From a virus (lineage: Duplodnaviria > Caudoviricetes): 55,693 nucleotides of DNA. The notes beneath the pieces are model-generated. The model saw nothing but the letters and a program-made list of their open reading frames with translations. It was not told the DNA's origin and searched no databases. Made by a program: the position numbers and the translations under genes. Below are positions 45,283-55,062 of the stretch, one piece after another (the first letter of the stretch is position 1; every line of letters begins with the position of its first letter). The stretch is from positions 1 through 55,693 of the IMG/VR virus record IMGVR_UViG_3300045120_000102, one strand, 5' to 3'.

Positions 45283-45497
45283 CGTGCGTCTGCCAATCCC
45301 ACGTAATAGCGGTCCTCATCGCTGTGCCTTTTACATCCGCAGTCCCCGACACAGAAGTAGCGGACACGCAGCGGATGAAACGGGTGCACGTCGCGGTTCA
45401 GCTCCCTCCCGTGCTTACCTTTGAGGTGGCCACAATGCAGACACGGTTTCGCGAGGACGTGAACCTTTTCAGGACGTGTCCAGGATGTTGCGCTCAT
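45279..45497 (-). CDS. Small Cys/His-rich protein
   Basis: ATGA overlaps. Confidence 0.6.
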   Translation of the reverse strand: MSATSWTRPEKVHVLAKPCLHCGHLKGKHGRELNRDVHPFHPLRVRYFCVGDCGCKRHSDEDRYYVGLADAR

Positions 45498-45754
45498 CTC
45501 GCGTCTACCAATCCTTGAAATCCCCACAACACCCTGTGCAACACCAACCGACAACCCCGAATCTGGGTTACCGACCCCTCAGACCGGCGGTACCAGCCCG
45601 GAGCCACCCACAACCCATCCCCGCCGACCCGTACCGTGCTCCAAACGCGCAACCCCGAGAATTTCAAGTAGTGGACGCCGACTGGGGTGCCCGTTCCTGC
45701 CGTCTGGTTAGCCCGTGGAGCGACGTAGACGGGTTGGTTGGTGTCAGGCATCAT
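45494..45754 (-). CDS. Hypothetical protein
   Basis: Overlap chain. Confidence 0.5.
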   Translation of the reverse strand: MMPDTNQPVYVAPRANQTAGTGTPVGVHYLKFSGLRVWSTVRVGGDGLWVAPGWYRRSEGSVTQIRGCRLVLHRVLWGFQGLVDAR

Positions 45755-45892
45755 GCGGCCTCAGTTCTTCGCTCCACATCCTCCAGTGTGGCCAACTCAG
45801 CCCCGGCGTATGCACTGGACATGTCGTGCTCCACGCTTCTCGGGCGCAGATGCACCTCGGATCATCCAAGCCATCGTCTCGGGCGGCGGCGT

Positions 45893-46081
45893 TCATGCGG
45901 TAGCACCCTTCTCGGCGTTCCTGCGCTTCGACTCGTTGATCCGCGACGTATGAGCCGGGAACGCCACCAACGGCTTCCCATCCGCCTTAGCCACACACAG
46001 CTCACCCTCAACCGCGCCGCAGTACAGGCAGGGAACAGTCAGGGCATTGGATTGGATGCGCGAACCAGTCCAGTCACGCAT
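45893..46081 (-). CDS. Small Zn-finger protein
   Basis: VPCLYCGA..GELC...H.SR. Confidence 0.7.
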   Translation of the reverse strand: MRDWTGSRIQSNALTVPCLYCGAVEGELCVAKADGKPLVAFPAHTSRINESKRRNAEKGATA

Positions 46082-46871
46082 GAGCCATCGCCCGGTGGTC
46101 GCAGCGACGAACCGAGTCGTCGAACGTGATGTCCCCGAACTCGTCGCAGAGTTGGCAGGCGTCTATCGCGGCCTGACGTTCGGCAGCGTCGGCAGCTCGT
46201 CGCTGCGCGTCCCATGCGGCTTTGCGTGCATCGAAGGTTCGCCGGGATTGCCCGCAGGCGAAGCAGTTCAGGTCCGTGCCGTTTGGATGCTCGGAGCAAA
46301 ACGGGGAGGGTTCCCCAACTGAACCAACAACGGAACAGATACCTAATACCGTTACTGTTCCTGTACTGGGGGGTTCCGAAACCCTTCCCGAATCACGAAG
46401 AGTTCCCGAACCCTTCGTCGGGTCTGGACGATGGGTTCCGCTGGGGTCCAACAGATCCGCCAGCTTGTCGGCTTCCGCGCGGTGCAACCGCCGCAACTCC
46501 GCCGCAACTTCAACCCGCAGTTTCGCCGACGCCACCATTTTCGCGGACTTCAGAGCGCTCTTGAAGATGTTAGGGGACTTCACCACCTCCGCTGTACGCA
46601 TGTAGGCGCGGATGAACAGTTCGTCGGTGTCCTGGTCGACGAACACGAACCGCTTAGCCTCGAGCTGCATGAGGTCGGATTCGATGTCATCCACACTCAG
46701 CTCGTCACACCCCTTCGTGAGTAATCCGGTGTTCAGGGTGAGCAGGCCGGCGCAGTCTAGATCCTTCTGCGAGCACAGTTGGAGGTAGGTACATTGGGCG
46801 ACGCGGGGAAGTTTCCGAAAGTCCCTGTCGCGCCATATGGATTCACGGATTAGTCCTGCTGTGTTAGCCAT
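46074..46871 (-). CDS. RepA-like replication initiator
   Basis: IWRDRDFRKL..AQ..YL.L.SQ; C-terminal C.EHP.GT..C..C and C.LCDE.G motifs. Confidence 0.75.
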   Translation of the reverse strand: MANTAGLIRESIWRDRDFRKLPRVAQCTYLQLCSQKDLDCAGLLTLNTGLLTKGCDELSVDDIESDLMQLEAKRFVFVDQDTDELFIRAYMRTAEVVKSPNIFKSALKSAKMVASAKLRVEVAAELRRLHRAEADKLADLLDPSGTHRPDPTKGSGTLRDSGRVSEPPSTGTVTVLGICSVVGSVGEPSPFCSEHPNGTDLNCFACGQSRRTFDARKAAWDAQRRAADAAERQAAIDACQLCDEFGDITFDDSVRRCDHRAMAHA

Positions 46872-47793
46872 CGATGAGCGCCTCCGCTTCATCTATTACC
46901 GCTTTGTCGCGACGCGTCTCGTCCGACCTAGTTGTTGCGTACCAGGTAAGTTCGGATGCATAGGCGACTGCGCACACCGAATCTCCGCAATGGCCCCGCT
47001 CGGAATCACGGCGGTGCGGGCAGCGGAGTGGAGTGTCTTCGGCCGATATCCCCAGCGTCTTAACGTTGGAGACGATCGTTCTGATGTAACTGTCGACCTG
47101 CGGTTGCGTCCAAATTGTCGATAACGTCGGCGCGGCCGTCCTCGCCTCACTTTGGGCTGGTTCCGCTTCCAGTAGCTGCCGGGCGGAGTCCTGACGGTCG
47201 CGGATCATTGCCCAGCAGATGCCGCAGAAGTACTTCCAGTTGTGCTGGTCGCTGATAGCCCGGTTCGATGCTGCCTTGCGTAGCGCCCACTCAAGGTCGT
47301 CGAGGTTCAGCCCACAATCTCTAAACTGGATCACCGATCTCTTGAAACCGGCGGTGCCACCAACGGCGGGTGAGGATATCTCGGGGATGCTGTAGTTGAG
47401 TTCATCCGGGTCTGCGTTGGCGATGGCCACGATTCGTTCGGCGAAGTCGGCGACGAACTTTAGGTCGCTATTCCGCTTTCCGCGTTGCATTTTGGCGGCG
47501 CGCTCCATGGCACGCCCCCATCGGACGGCGTCGGCGGCTACATCGTCAACTAGTGCAGCATCCGCTGAAGCCGACGACTTGCCAGCGTTGCAGTCTTTAC
47601 ATGCGGTGACCAGGTTTGATGGTTCGTTGCTTCCACCCAGCGTGACGGGCACCACGTGGTCGACTGTCAGCGGCGCGTCGGGTGCTGATGCCCCGCAGTA
47701 GCGGCACTGGTGGTTGTCTCGGCGCAGAATCTCGAACCTGAGCCGCTTCGATACGGCCGCACGGCGAGGGGGTGGCGCGCTAATATCTGTCAT
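46864..47793 (-). CDS. HNH endonuclease-domain protein with extended C-terminus
   Basis: AVSKRLRFEILRRDNHQCRYCG..VDHVVP..GG..NLVTACKDCNAGK. Confidence 0.88.
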   Translation of the reverse strand: MTDISAPPPRRAAVSKRLRFEILRRDNHQCRYCGASAPDAPLTVDHVVPVTLGGSNEPSNLVTACKDCNAGKSSASADAALVDDVAADAVRWGRAMERAAKMQRGKRNSDLKFVADFAERIVAIANADPDELNYSIPEISSPAVGGTAGFKRSVIQFRDCGLNLDDLEWALRKAASNRAISDQHNWKYFCGICWAMIRDRQDSARQLLEAEPAQSEARTAAPTLSTIWTQPQVDSYIRTIVSNVKTLGISAEDTPLRCPHRRDSERGHCGDSVCAVAYASELTWYATTRSDETRRDKAVIDEAEALIDG

Positions 47794-47905
47794 TGCGGGG
47801 CTTCCTTAACTCGGTCCCTGCCATACCCGGGCCTGTTACTAGCAGGCGCCGGGCCTTTACTTACGTCCATCCGATTATATCCGAAATGTGCTGGTAGAGA
47901 TACGT

Positions 47906-48310
47906 TCACGCGGTCACCTCAACCTGCTCAGGTAACACCAACAAGCGTGTACCGGCCTCAGGGCGCGGGAACAATCCGTCCATGCCGGACGGGTCACGCT
48001 TAGGTCGTGGCGGTCCAGCGCCGTCGTCCGGGCCGCGGAACTCGACGCAGTGATAGCGGTCCGGGCCTGATTCCTGCTCGAACCATTCTGCTGGGGTGTG
48101 ACCGACATACGCTGCCATCAGCAGCGGGCAGCCGCCCTCGAAGCCTTTGAGTTGCGTTTTACGTTTACCGTTCGAATAGGCTTGCCACGCCACCTCCACG
48201 GGGTGGTGGCATCGGTCGCACCAACGCGACATCCAGTCGTAGCCTTCGGTGCCGTTGGAGAATGGTGACCGTTCCGGCGAAGTGTCCATGACTTCCGACA
48301 GATTCCTCAT
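47906..48310 (-). CDS. Hypothetical protein
   Basis: PFSNGTEG..W..WCDRC..GCP motif. Confidence 0.7.
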   Translation of the reverse strand: MRNLSEVMDTSPERSPFSNGTEGYDWMSRWCDRCHHPVEVAWQAYSNGKRKTQLKGFEGGCPLLMAAYVGHTPAEWFEQESGPDRYHCVEFRGPDDGAGPPRPKRDPSGMDGLFPRPEAGTRLLVLPEQVEVTA

Positions 48311-48427
48311 GGCTTCTCCTGTGGGCAGTCGGGGTGATGAGACTGCTCCCGTGGAGACCAACCACACGCAGTGCAACGCTTCATGGCTAGTAGCTCTTTG
48401 GGGTTGAACAGCAACCGGATACGCGAG

Positions 48428-49408
48428 TCAGGCATCGAGGGCCACCTCGTCGAACAACACGTCGTCGGCAACTTCAGCTTCCGTATCGACCTCCGCCAGG
48501 TTGCGTAACGTCTGCTGGAAGTAGGACGGCTTGAGTTCCGCGCCGATTCCGTAGCGGCCCATGCGGACAGCGGCGTACACCTCGGAACCGACACCCATGA
48601 ACGGAGTGAGCACCTTTTCGCCCGGAAGGGTGCGCAGATCAAGGAAGCGCTCGATGACATCCAACTGCAACGGGTGGACGTGCTTCTCGTCGTCCTCGTC
48701 ACGAGCATCACGAAACGGGAGCACATGGTCGATTCGGATGTCATCCCACACCGATGAGGCATATCGGCGCCAAATCCAGTGCGAGTACCGGTTAAGTTTC
48801 TGGTCGCCATTCCAGCCCCGGAACTTCAGTAGGTCGTGCGGGATTGTTTCGCCGCCCGCGTATCCGTTCGTTAATCCGCATGGGTGGCTGATTGGTGTAT
48901 CCCCGCCTGGTTTACGGAAGATCAGCAACTCGTCTGGTGCGGCCACCCCACCGTATGAGGCGTCTTCGCAGATTTGCCGATGGGCGAGGTTCTTCGCCAT
49001 CGTCCGGTTACGGACAGCTAGTGGCTCCTTCCAGATGACATGTCGGGCGATGAACAGCCAGCCGGCCCGTTGGTGTGCGCGTATCACATCGCCAGGAAAG
49101 TCGGTGTATGAGTCTTTTCCGCTGTTCCCTGACGGGACTAAGGCGGTGTGTACGCCGGACAATCTTCCGGGCATCGTCACCCGGTATTTTTCGGCGATGA
49201 TGTAGCCGTAGTGGGTGAAGAAGTCGGCGTAGTCACGCGCGTTGGACAGGTCGCGGTCATCGGAACTGTACTGGTACAGCCCGGAGAACGGCGGGGAATA
49301 GCAACTCGCGTGGATGGAATCGCTTGGTATCTCGGCCAGCAGGTCCATGCAGTCAGCGTTATATATAGCCCACCGGTCGGTTATTTGTTGGTCTTTCACG
49401 CCAGCCAT
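48428..49408 (-). CDS. DNA N4/N6 methyltransferase (beta class)
   Basis: SPPF catalytic motif precedes TPFMGVGS SAM-binding motif. Confidence 0.9.
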   Translation of the reverse strand: MAGVKDQQITDRWAIYNADCMDLLAEIPSDSIHASCYSPPFSGLYQYSSDDRDLSNARDYADFFTHYGYIIAEKYRVTMPGRLSGVHTALVPSGNSGKDSYTDFPGDVIRAHQRAGWLFIARHVIWKEPLAVRNRTMAKNLAHRQICEDASYGGVAAPDELLIFRKPGGDTPISHPCGLTNGYAGGETIPHDLLKFRGWNGDQKLNRYSHWIWRRYASSVWDDIRIDHVLPFRDARDEDDEKHVHPLQLDVIERFLDLRTLPGEKVLTPFMGVGSEVYAAVRMGRYGIGAELKPSYFQQTLRNLAEVDTEAEVADDVLFDEVALDA

Positions 49409-50763
49409 GCAGGAACCTCCAGAGTGTGGGCGTATTTGTGCGCGTCGATAGCTCTTGCTTCGTTCATGTGCGCGACGAGACTGGTGAACATCCGGTCGGC
49501 CTGGTCGGCTTTGCGTTGTAGGTTCGCGAGCACCTTAGAGCCGCCTTCGGTGGTGATCACATCCACCGTGACAGGGTGTTGCTGCCCGAATCGCCAGCAG
49601 CGGCGCACCGCCTGATACCACTGCTCGTAACTATGCGAAGGGAAGTAGGTCATGCGGTGGCAGTGCTGCCAATTGAGTCCGTACCCGGCGATGCTGGGCT
49701 TGCTGACCAGGACACGTATCTCACCCCGGGTGAACGCCGCCAGTTTGTCCTCTTTGGATTCCGACGACTCTGCGCCGACCACTTCGACAGCACCGTCGAT
49801 CAGCTCGGTAAGCAGTGCGGACTCGTCGTTTAGGTGGCACCACGCGATCCCCGGCTGGGCGTCCGAAAGTTTCTCAGCCGCTGTCTCGCATCGCTCCACC
49901 AGCGTTCGCCTGGTTTCCTCGCGTTCCTCCGCCAAGCCGTGCGCCGGTACGTCGAACAGCGTGCCCTCAGCGGGCCGGTTAGCGTCCACCCTTGTCTCGA
50001 CCACCCTCAAGGCAGGAAGGTGGTGGCCGTCGTCGGAATACCCGTAGTCGGACGGTTTACGGATCGCTCGCGCCCAGGATGACACCCACCGCCAGAACGG
50101 CTCACCGGCATGGCCCTTCAGCCGCCACTCCAAGGCTTTGCCGTTCATCCCTCTGCCACGCGACGAAACCGACCGGTTGTCGTTGACGAAGAACCGGCCG
50201 AGCATGTCGACGTATCCGAGATCCCCCAGTGCCTCCGACGATGTGCCCAGCTCTATGTAGTCGTTGGGTGCGGCTGTGGCGGTGTCCAGTAGCCGGTATT
50301 GGATGCGGCGCATGAATTCGGTGACCTCAGCCCGCCGGACACCGTCGAACGATTTGATCGCAGATGATTCGTCGCACACCACACCGCCGAACTGCGATGA
50401 GTCGAACTTGTCGAGTTGCTCGTAGTTGGTGATCGTGGTCTTTGCTGTGATCTTCCCGTCGCGTGAAATGGCCGCATCGTGCCCGAACTTGACTGCCTCA
50501 GCAGCGATTTGGAACCCAACCGCCAATGGTGTCAGGAATAGCACGGGCTTCCCTGTGTGTCGATGCACCTGCTCAGCCCACGCCAACGCCATCGGAGTTT
50601 TACCTAGCCCGCAGTCCGCGAAGATTCCGCCGCGGCCCTTCCTGACAGACCACTCCACCAGCGCGCGTTGATAATCGAACAGGTGCTCGGGTAGGTCGAT
50701 CGGCTCGAATCCGCCCGAGTCGGCTAGTTGTGCTCGGTTGGCGAGAAATTCCGCGTAGTTCAT
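49396..50763 (-). CDS. SNF2-like SF2 helicase
   Basis: DCGLGKT, CDES, TATAAPND, QAVRRCWRFGQ. Confidence 0.9.
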   Translation of the reverse strand: MNYAEFLANRAQLADSGGFEPIDLPEHLFDYQRALVEWSVRKGRGGIFADCGLGKTPMALAWAEQVHRHTGKPVLFLTPLAVGFQIAAEAVKFGHDAAISRDGKITAKTTITNYEQLDKFDSSQFGGVVCDESSAIKSFDGVRRAEVTEFMRRIQYRLLDTATAAPNDYIELGTSSEALGDLGYVDMLGRFFVNDNRSVSSRGRGMNGKALEWRLKGHAGEPFWRWVSSWARAIRKPSDYGYSDDGHHLPALRVVETRVDANRPAEGTLFDVPAHGLAEEREETRRTLVERCETAAEKLSDAQPGIAWCHLNDESALLTELIDGAVEVVGAESSESKEDKLAAFTRGEIRVLVSKPSIAGYGLNWQHCHRMTYFPSHSYEQWYQAVRRCWRFGQQHPVTVDVITTEGGSKVLANLQRKADQADRMFTSLVAHMNEARAIDAHKYAHTLEVPAWLA

Positions 50764-51218
50764 CAGAGCACCACCTCCGGGTACTCGCCTTGCGGCCACA
50801 CGTCATCGTCCAAACCTTCACCCAGGCCGGGGGTTTCGCCCCACGCACCCGTAGGTGGCAGCGGTGTCACAGAACCGTCATCGGCGAGCAGCACCAACTG
50901 GCCCCGGCGCCGTACAGGCACCAACGCCGGGGTAGCCGCCTGTTCGACGCGCCACCCATATGCCTTGGCCAGCTCGGGATGCGCTTCGATCCAAGCGTGA
51001 TCGGCGTAGCAGACCGCTAATCCGTTTGCGGCCTGATTAGTGTCCGGTCGGCGCGTCGACCCCATCCCCCGGGCGCGGCGGTGATGCAGCTGCACCGCTT
51101 CCGCGCCTTGGCAGATTTCCATGACCTCGCAGATCGGGGCGGTTGGATTCCCGAACTGCCCGGAGATGGCCGCGCGGTCGTAGATGGCCAGGACCGTTCG
51201 CCGCGAGAAGCCGTTCAC
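50763..51218 (-). CDS. HNH-like nuclease
   Basis: CE...HHRRARGMG...NGLAVC..DH.WIE. Confidence 0.7.
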   Translation of the reverse strand: MNGFSRRTVLAIYDRAAISGQFGNPTAPICEVMEICQGAEAVQLHHRRARGMGSTRRPDTNQAANGLAVCYADHAWIEAHPELAKAYGWRVEQAATPALVPVRRRGQLVLLADDGSVTPLPPTGAWGETPGLGEGLDDDVWPQGEYPEVVL

Positions 51219-51551
51219 AATAAAAGCCCTTCGTGAGGGGTATCCAAAACTTCGGTGATAGCGCAGTCATGCCCCAGCAGCCAGCGATGCCGCCGCACTA
51301 CCTGACGGGCTGAATACCTAGACGGGCACACCGCCAACGGCTTAGCCCCTAAACAGGGTTCGCAATGCACGAGGAACCTCACAGCGTCGCCCCGTTGACG
51401 GTTGGTGTGTAAACCTCACAGCAGCAAGGCGTCACCTCACGCCCCTCATGCAGATGCGCTGTGTTGCCGGGGTTGTCGACAGCTGGGCCGGACACCCGGA
51501 CCACGCTGCACGTCCGGTCGGGGTGGTGGTGGCCGCAATGCTGGCACCCGG

Positions 51552-51902
51552 TCAATGGACACCGCCCAGCGTGATCTCCGCGCGGAGGGCTGCTGCGGCA
51601 CTACGACCCACGTCGATGCGCGTTTGGAGCACCTGCAGCTGACGCTTCCGTCCAGTCACCATGCACTTCGCTAGATCGGCGGCCAGCTGCGGTTCGGCGC
51701 TGCCCTGCTTGGCTAGAACTTCCCGCAGGTATTGCGGCCCTTCAGCTTTCAGGAACGCCTGGAGATAGGCGTTGGTGGCGTCGTGTGCAGCGTTCACGGC
51801 GTCGACCTCGAGCGTGTCCAGACCGCGGGACAGCTCATTGAGTTCTCGCGATAGCTCCATGAGGTTGAGCACTACCTCGTTCGCGGTCATCTGGCCGGTC
51901 AT
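51552..51902 (-). CDS. Helical protein associated with the recombination module
   Basis: ATGA overlap with the AAA gene; LQTRIDVGRS. Confidence 0.7.
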   Translation of the reverse strand: MTGQMTANEVVLNLMELSRELNELSRGLDTLEVDAVNAAHDATNAYLQAFLKAEGPQYLREVLAKQGSAEPQLAADLAKCMVTGRKRQLQVLQTRIDVGRSAAAALRAEITLGGVH

Positions 51903-52888
51903 GCTGCCGCCTCAACTTTCAGGTTCTCCAGCAAGGTTCGGATGGCCTGCGGGTCGCGGGTGTCCTCCAAAGACTCGCCCTGCTCCGAATGGAACCGTTC
52001 CGCTATCGCCTTGTACGGCAACTTGTTTTCGCGGATGAACGCCCCCAGCTCGGCGCGAACCGAATCAGCTAGCCCCTGCTCATCGGCGACCAACTCGACG
52101 ACGTCCCTGGTCTGCGCCTGCCCTAAGCCCATCACGTCGAAGATCAGGTCTTCCAGCGTGAAGTCCGGGTAGCGTTTCGGCTTGTCCACCCCTGGCCGCA
52201 ATCCCTTTGTCGCGGACCTGAAACTGATCACCTGGGGTGGTTCGTCGCGGGATAGCCGCACCCACACGTTCGCCGCGTAGGGCAGCGACTTGTGCCCTTC
52301 CACCGAGTAATCCTTGACGCCAGGGATAGGGCGGCCCTCGCTGTCTATGGCGACCGTTTCCTTGCCCTTGGCGGTCATCACAACGATCCCCGGGAAGCTG
52401 GTGAGCAGCCGGATCAGTTGGTGGTGCCGGTCCCCGGCGTCGTTCCACAGGTTCATTCCGGCTTTGATCTCCGCGTCCGGGTCGGACGCCAGAATCCTTT
52501 TGCTGTTCTTCGACGACCTGGCCCGGACGTTCGTCCACGACTTGAGTTGGTCCCACACGCTGCTCATCGAGTCCATGACCAGCACGGGCGGCAACACGGG
52601 GACACCTCCGCGCTGCGTTGCGAGGGCTTCGTCCCGTACCGCGGTTATTTGGGCGATGATGTCCGACCATGTGCCGTCATGCTCGACGATCAGGTAGTCG
52701 GCGCCAGGAACCGCCCCGTACTCGTCACCGATGCCTTCCCCAAAGTCCAGCCAATACGCTTGCCCGACTTTGTCGCAGCCGGTGAATTGCGCTGCCTGGT
52801 AAGACTTCCCAACCTGGGCGGGGCCTTCGATGAGAATCATGGGCCAGTTCGGGACGCCACTCGGCTTCCTCACTCGCGGCGGCGTCAC
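51899..52888 (-). CDS. AAA ATPase (Sak4-like recombinase)
   Basis: Walker A GPAQVGKS, VLVMDS. Confidence 0.85.
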   Translation of the reverse strand: MTPPRVRKPSGVPNWPMILIEGPAQVGKSYQAAQFTGCDKVGQAYWLDFGEGIGDEYGAVPGADYLIVEHDGTWSDIIAQITAVRDEALATQRGGVPVLPPVLVMDSMSSVWDQLKSWTNVRARSSKNSKRILASDPDAEIKAGMNLWNDAGDRHHQLIRLLTSFPGIVVMTAKGKETVAIDSEGRPIPGVKDYSVEGHKSLPYAANVWVRLSRDEPPQVISFRSATKGLRPGVDKPKRYPDFTLEDLIFDVMGLGQAQTRDVVELVADEQGLADSVRAELGAFIRENKLPYKAIAERFHSEQGESLEDTRDPQAIRTLLENLKVEAAA

Positions 52889-53340
52889 GAATCCAGCTCC
52901 CTTATGCCGTCGATACCGACCAGCCCTGACTTGAGCAGTTCCCCGACAAGCTCCCCGGTTTCGTCATTGCCCTTCACAACCAGATACGGGTCGCCTTGCT
53001 TCACGCCCATCCCCGGCACGGGTTCCCCGTTGCTGTCGATCACGACGCCGCCGACAGCTTTGAACGTGGACAGGTAGGCGGGGTTTACGGATTCCACCAA
53101 TTCAGTCGGATGGTTGCGTTTCACCCACTCCAGCAGTGCGGCAGCGTCTTCGGTGACAACTGTCTGGCGTCCCTTCGTCCACGATGCTTTCGCGACGATC
53201 CGGCCATCCGTACGGCCGGCGACGGTGTCACCGAACGGCAGCTCCCGCAGCTCCGTCTTCGCTTGCGCGAGGAGTTCCCCGGCCCGTTTCTGTATGTACG
53301 AGTAGATACCCGCCCGGAGTGCGGCGTTGTGGAGACTCAT
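52885..53340 (-). CDS. Recombination-module protein
   Basis: ALLEWVK..P...GEPVPG; overlaps both neighbours. Confidence 0.7.
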   Translation of the reverse strand: MSLHNAALRAGIYSYIQKRAGELLAQAKTELRELPFGDTVAGRTDGRIVAKASWTKGRQTVVTEDAAALLEWVKRNHPTELVESVNPAYLSTFKAVGGVVIDSNGEPVPGMGVKQGDPYLVVKGNDETGELVGELLKSGLVGIDGIRELDS

Positions 53341-53558
53341 GCGGAAGCCTCCGTGTGTGCGAGTAGTTTCCTGAGCATCGCCTCTGCCGAATCCATGTGG
53401 TGCAGGGCGGCATTCAGATGACTGCTAGCTGTATACGCGTCGGCGTCACGCTGTCGGAATGACTCCACATAGTCCGCTAGCGCGGTGCGTGAATCGTCCA
53501 CGCACGCTTTCCCCGCCAGCGGATCATCCAACGCGTGTTGTATACGGGGGTCAGCCAT
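53337..53558 (-). CDS. Hypothetical protein
   Basis: ATGA overlap. Confidence 0.6.
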   Translation of the reverse strand: MADPRIQHALDDPLAGKACVDDSRTALADYVESFRQRDADAYTASSHLNAALHHMDSAEAMLRKLLAHTEASA

Positions 53559-53884
53559 TGAACTGCCGTTCCCTCTGATGCCCACACGTCGGGCATGCCT
53601 CGAAAAATTCGTGAACGTGATAACAGCCAGGTGATGGGCATACCTGGGCGCAGTCAAAGCAAACACACCCACCCGGGCCTGCTGGCTTCTGGTCACACAG
53701 AACACATTTCGTCGTCATGACGCCACCTCCTGGAATTCGGGTTCGCTGAGGACGGTGATCGTCCACGGGTTCCCCGACCCGGGGCATGTGTCGCGTCGGA
53801 TGCTGTCGCGGTGCCCGTAAATGTTGCCGCCGCGTGTTGGGGCGACGTTGCGTAGGCATACGGGGCACAGGTTCAGGGCGCGGC

Positions 53885-54058
53885 TCACAGGCTTGCCTTC
53901 CAGTTCTTGTGTTCGCGTTCCCAGCGGTCGAAGTCCGCTATCCGCATGGCGTCGTTGACGTGCTTATCCCACGCGAACGCGGTGCGCAGTGTGCGAACGG
54001 AGTCCCACATGGCGGCGAGAGCACCAGCCGATGCAACGATGGCAATGATGAGGGTCAT
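53885..54058 (-). CDS. Small membrane-anchored protein
   Basis: Hydrophobic N-terminus; ATGA overlap. Confidence 0.6.
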   Translation of the reverse strand: MTLIIAIVASAGALAAMWDSVRTLRTAFAWDKHVNDAMRIADFDRWEREHKNWKASL

Positions 54059-54387
54059 GACACGGTCACCCACTCCGAGCACGTCGACAGCAGCTCGTCG
54101 TAATCGCATGCCAGAGCCTGATCCCGGAACTCCGAGACGGTGTTGCGGTCAACCCCGGAGTCTTTCAATGCCGTCACGACAGCGCCGATGATGTTGTAGG
54201 CGTTCAATTCGTAACCTGTGAGATCAGCTATATTTGTGTGCGGCTCACCGGTTATGAGCCGCACCGTTATATGTGGATACCTGGGCGTTTTCGGTGCCCG
54301 GTATTCGGGATGCCCCCTAGGTACCGGGATGTGCATACCGCCGATCATCGGAAGGCCCGACCAATCCTGTTCGATGGCCTCACTCAT
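54055..54387 (-). CDS. Hypothetical protein
   Basis: NAYNIIGAV..AL...DYDELL..C..WV motif. Confidence 0.75.
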   Translation of the reverse strand: MSEAIEQDWSGLPMIGGMHIPVPRGHPEYRAPKTPRYPHITVRLITGEPHTNIADLTGYELNAYNIIGAVVTALKDSGVDRNTVSEFRDQALACDYDELLSTCSEWVTVS

Positions 54388-54638
54388 GGCTGCGGTACCC
54401 CCGGGTACACCCGGTAGCAGTTCCGCCCACCGATCCCGAACACGTAGGTGCTCTCACAATGCGTGTAGCTGCCGTCGCTGGCGTAGTCGAAGTCGCAGTA
54501 CCCGCCGCCGAAGCCGAACGCGCCCCCGGACGCGCAGCCGGTCGCATTTGCGACATCGGTAGCACCCGTCGCGGCGAACCCTGCAGCAAGTCCGGCCGCG
54601 ATGAACGGTGCCGCAACAAGTTTCAATCCTAATCTCAT
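54384..54638 (-). CDS. Small secreted 4-Cys protein (CDGP-like)
   Basis: Signal peptide ending ANA; C..G.CD..DGS..C..C. Confidence 0.7.
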   Translation of the reverse strand: MRLGLKLVAAPFIAAGLAAGFAATGATDVANATGCASGGAFGFGGGYCDFDYASDGSYTHCESTYVFGIGGRNCYRVYPGVPQP

Positions 54639-54738
54639 ACTCTTCCCCTTCAAGTTCACAGCGACACCAGGGCCAGGTACTCCAACGCCTTTGCCGCGCA
54701 ATACAATCCGACCAAACCAGCTACCGTCCGCAGGCATG

Positions 54739-55062
54739 TCATACCGCCATCTCGTGACGGCCACGGCGACCGATCTGCTCCAAAAGCGGCCACCACTCAG
54801 GGCACAACTCATGGACGGACGCGTTGACGATGTCTGCTGTCGATTCGTCATCCCATCCGTCGACATGGACAGCGCCAGCGACTCTGAGAACCCCAGCTTC
54901 GGTCGGGTAGGTGGCGATTAGGCCGCATATCGTGTAGCCCCACTTCTCCGCGTAGGCCAGTTCAGCGGCGGATAGGTAGCCGTCCGCGCGGGCCAGGCCG
55001 GGGAACAGGATGCCGCAGAAGATGAGCAGTGGGCATGTCCACCAAAACCGCCACGGCTTCAT
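54739..55062 (-). CDS. Secreted DUF732-like protein
   Basis: Signal peptide ARA-D; G..IC...CP. Confidence 0.7.
   Translation of the reverse strand: MKPWRFWWTCPLLIFCGILFPGLARADGYLSAAELAYAEKWGYTICGLIATYPTEAGVLRVAGAVHVDGWDDESTADIVNASVHELCPEWWPLLEQIGRRGRHEMAV

Noticed and set aside
51899-51915. C-terminal AA/AAA ends on several proteins as degradation tags
   Set aside because: GCATGA/GCGTGA overlaps bias ends toward Ala; treated as meaningful only for the repressor and integrase by analogy
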